DNA of 19,703 nucleotides from Pseudobacteriovorax sp. (GTDB taxonomy: Bacteria > Bdellovibrionota_B > Oligoflexia > Oligoflexales > Oligoflexaceae). Made by a program: the position numbers and the translations under genes. The stretch is taken from NCBI GenBank assembly GCA_050293845.1, contig JBNKNM010000096.1, positions 1 through 19,703 of the forward strand, in the 5' to 3' direction. Positions 17,711 through 19,703 of the stretch are shown here, one piece after another. Each line of letters begins with the position of its first letter. Within the stretch, counting starts at the first letter, position 1. Under the pieces are notes generated by a model that was not told the DNA's origin, made no database searches, and saw nothing but the letters and a program-made list of their open reading frames with translations.

Positions 17711-19141
17711 CTAGTTAAGGGCTGGAGCAGGGTCAGCTTCAGGATCTGTAGGATCAGCTTCAGGATCTTCGATATCATCAATAACAAAGTCACCAGCATC
17801 TTCTTCTGAGAAAGTTATCTCCGCTGGTTCATCACTTTGAGCATAGCCATCACCGCTAAAGCAATCACCCATACCGGCTCCTCCGTCTTCTGAACCAATG
17901 GCTTCCTCATCGCAGGCATTATGTTTTGCAATTGTTGCGCTATCAGTGGCTGGTGTTACTTTAGTCCAAGTTGCTGTACTACAGTCAAAGCCGCTTGGTT
18001 TTGCAGGAGAAAAAGTGCTTTTAAGAACGGCAGGAACGTCACTGGCTTGGAGATATAAGGCACCATCAGCAGCGAACTTGCTATCGCTGCAGCCTACTAG
18101 ATAGCTATCGCTGTCAACACAGGCTTGGGTTGAAAAATTATTACCTGCGCCGTCATAGCTATAGAATACGTTACCATTAGTATCATCGAAAATCCCGATT
18201 CCGGAATTTTTAAAAGTAAAGGGATCGCCTGCACCAAAATCCATAGTTCCGGTTTCTGAAATTGACACCTTAGTGGTGGTGCCATTTTCTCGCATGGCAA
18301 ATTTTTGTGCAAAGGAAAACCCTGAGAAACCAAACTTCACTTCCATTTTGAGTGCTGATACATTCTCATCAGTATATTTAGTATCGTAGCCAATGGCACC
18401 CTTAAAGGTTCCCATAGTATCATCGCCTATGGCTATATTGATGATTCCCTTGCTAACCTGAACTGATTCACCATCCACTGTGATGGCTTTAGATCCTGTA
18501 ACCTTAAAGCTTTGAGCTAAGGTCATACTATCTTCATCCTCGCCTTCACAAATGTATACAGCAATATTGTCACCATCGGTGTCATCAGCATAGATACCAA
18601 TCATTGGGATAGAAAAATCTTCTTCACCGGTTCCAGCTGTGGGATCTTCACCACCTGTGGGATCTTCGCCTTCTGGAAACTCACCATCTTCTGGAAATTC
18701 TTCATCACCGCCAGGAGGTGTGGGACCTTGCAAATTATTGCCTTTAGCTGCTAACGCTGCTGCGGCATCCAAGTCGCTGAAATCTAGAATAACAGGAGTA
18801 TTCCAAGGAATGTTACTACCCTCAGCTTCGATATGACATAGCATACTTGATGCCATAGAAATCTGCTGAACCAACTGCTTAGCACTTTCTCGCATTAAAC
18901 AAGCTTCAATAGATTTAGAACCTGCTAAACGCAAAGAGCCCGAACTATCTTCCAAAGCATCAGGTAAGTCTAGTTGTAATGCACCTGATAGCCCTAACTG
19001 GGTTACATCGTTGGCTTCCACACTTCCCGTAGTCGTTCTCGTTATCGTTGAGCTATTGCTACCAGAATCGTCTGAAGACGTCCCACAAGAGACTATACTT
19101 AAGCTCAAAGTCACCATCGAAAAGATCATAGTAGTTTTCAT
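17711..19141 (-). CDS. Large acidic Cys-containing lipoprotein of unknown function
   Basis: GAGGA RBS before ATG 19141; MKTTMIFSMVTLSLSIVS-C lipobox; Ser/Thr tether; acidic Pro-rich repeats. Confidence 0.85.
   Translation of the reverse strand: MKTTMIFSMVTLSLSIVSCGTSSDDSGSNSSTITRTTTGSVEANDVTQLGLSGALQLDLPDALEDSSGSLRLAGSKSIEACLMRESAKQLVQQISMASSMLCHIEAEGSNIPWNTPVILDFSDLDAAAALAAKGNNLQGPTPPGGDEEFPEDGEFPEGEDPTGGEDPTAGTGEEDFSIPMIGIYADDTDGDNIAVYICEGEDEDSMTLAQSFKVTGSKAITVDGESVQVSKGIINIAIGDDTMGTFKGAIGYDTKYTDENVSALKMEVKFGFSGFSFAQKFAMRENGTTTKVSISETGTMDFGAGDPFTFKNSGIGIFDDTNGNVFYSYDGAGNNFSTQACVDSDSYLVGCSDSKFAADGALYLQASDVPAVLKSTFSPAKPSGFDCSTATWTKVTPATDSATIAKHNACDEEAIGSEDGGAGMGDCFSGDGYAQSDEPAEITFSEEDAGDFVIDDIEDPEADPTDPEADPAPALN
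17733..17768 (-). repeat. 21-bp period direct repeat encoding DPEADPT/DPEADPA
   Basis: TCAGCTTCAGGATCT at 17733-17747 and 17754-17768. Confidence 0.8.
18636..18705 (-). repeat. Two pairs of 18-bp period repeats encoding EFPEDG/EFPEG and EDPTGG/EDPTAG
   Basis: CTGTGGGATCTTC occurs twice and CTTCTGGAAA occurs twice, each at 18-bp spacing. Confidence 0.75.
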
Positions 19142-19703
19142 AAATTTCCTCACCAAACATCCAAGACCTGTAACCAATCGGTGAAGAGTTTTAAAAGTTT
19201 AGAAAATTTGTAAGTATCTAAATTTTTAGAAATTTATGACGAATTTGTTTGGATTCACCACTTAACGCTACCCTGTATTTATTGATTTCATCCCGCAACT
19301 TTTCTCTAAGCCCTGCGAAATGTAAGATATTTAAGCTCTTACTCATTGCAGGCTACAATTGCTTGATTAGTTAAGGAATTGTGCAGAACGGTAAGGAATA
19401 AAGGAGGCCGCAAAAGATAGCTTTATACAAATCTTTGGTATGGGGGCTTGGGTCAAACTGATCTTGCTTTTCAATACGTTACCGCAACAGGGTCGAAAAG
19501 TTCCTTGATTCATCCATCGGATATGGTGCAAATAAATCATTTAAGGCATAATTTTTCTTACTATGCCGTTCACTCTAACGAAACATCAGTACCAAGGCCA
19601 AAGTGGTAAGAAATACTGCAGGATATCAGAGCAATGGACTGAGGCGGCATCCAAAGGTGTGATATTCTGTCTTAACATCTACTAACATACTGTATTTAAA
19701 CAT

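Noticed and set aside
19142..19703. Possible gene or RNA at the right end
   Set aside because: Only short stop-interrupted frames, with no recognisable motif or RNA structure.

Overview
Bacterial, AT-rich window. From left to right it contains: (i) a decayed mobile-element zone with the 3' end of an IS110/IS1111-type transposase, its structured downstream non-coding region (bridge/seekRNA-like), and an unannotated, frameshifted TnpB remnant on the + strand; (ii) secreted glycan-degrading enzymes (SGNH/CE3-like esterase-CBM2, GH5 mannanase-CBM2, and a GH16 beta-glucanase on the - strand) flanking three tandem secreted four-cysteine paralogues (DUF4360-like); (iii) a tightly coupled operon of ccoG-like, 2-oxoacid:ferredoxin oxidoreductase alpha/beta and ferredoxin genes, with no cbb3 oxidase genes in the window; (iv) a small lipoprotein, NnrU-family protein, proline iminopeptidase and nitronate monooxygenase-family gene, a frameshifted Cof/HAD hydrolase, and a large acidic lipoprotein. 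All family calls come from motif recognition by eye; no searches were run.
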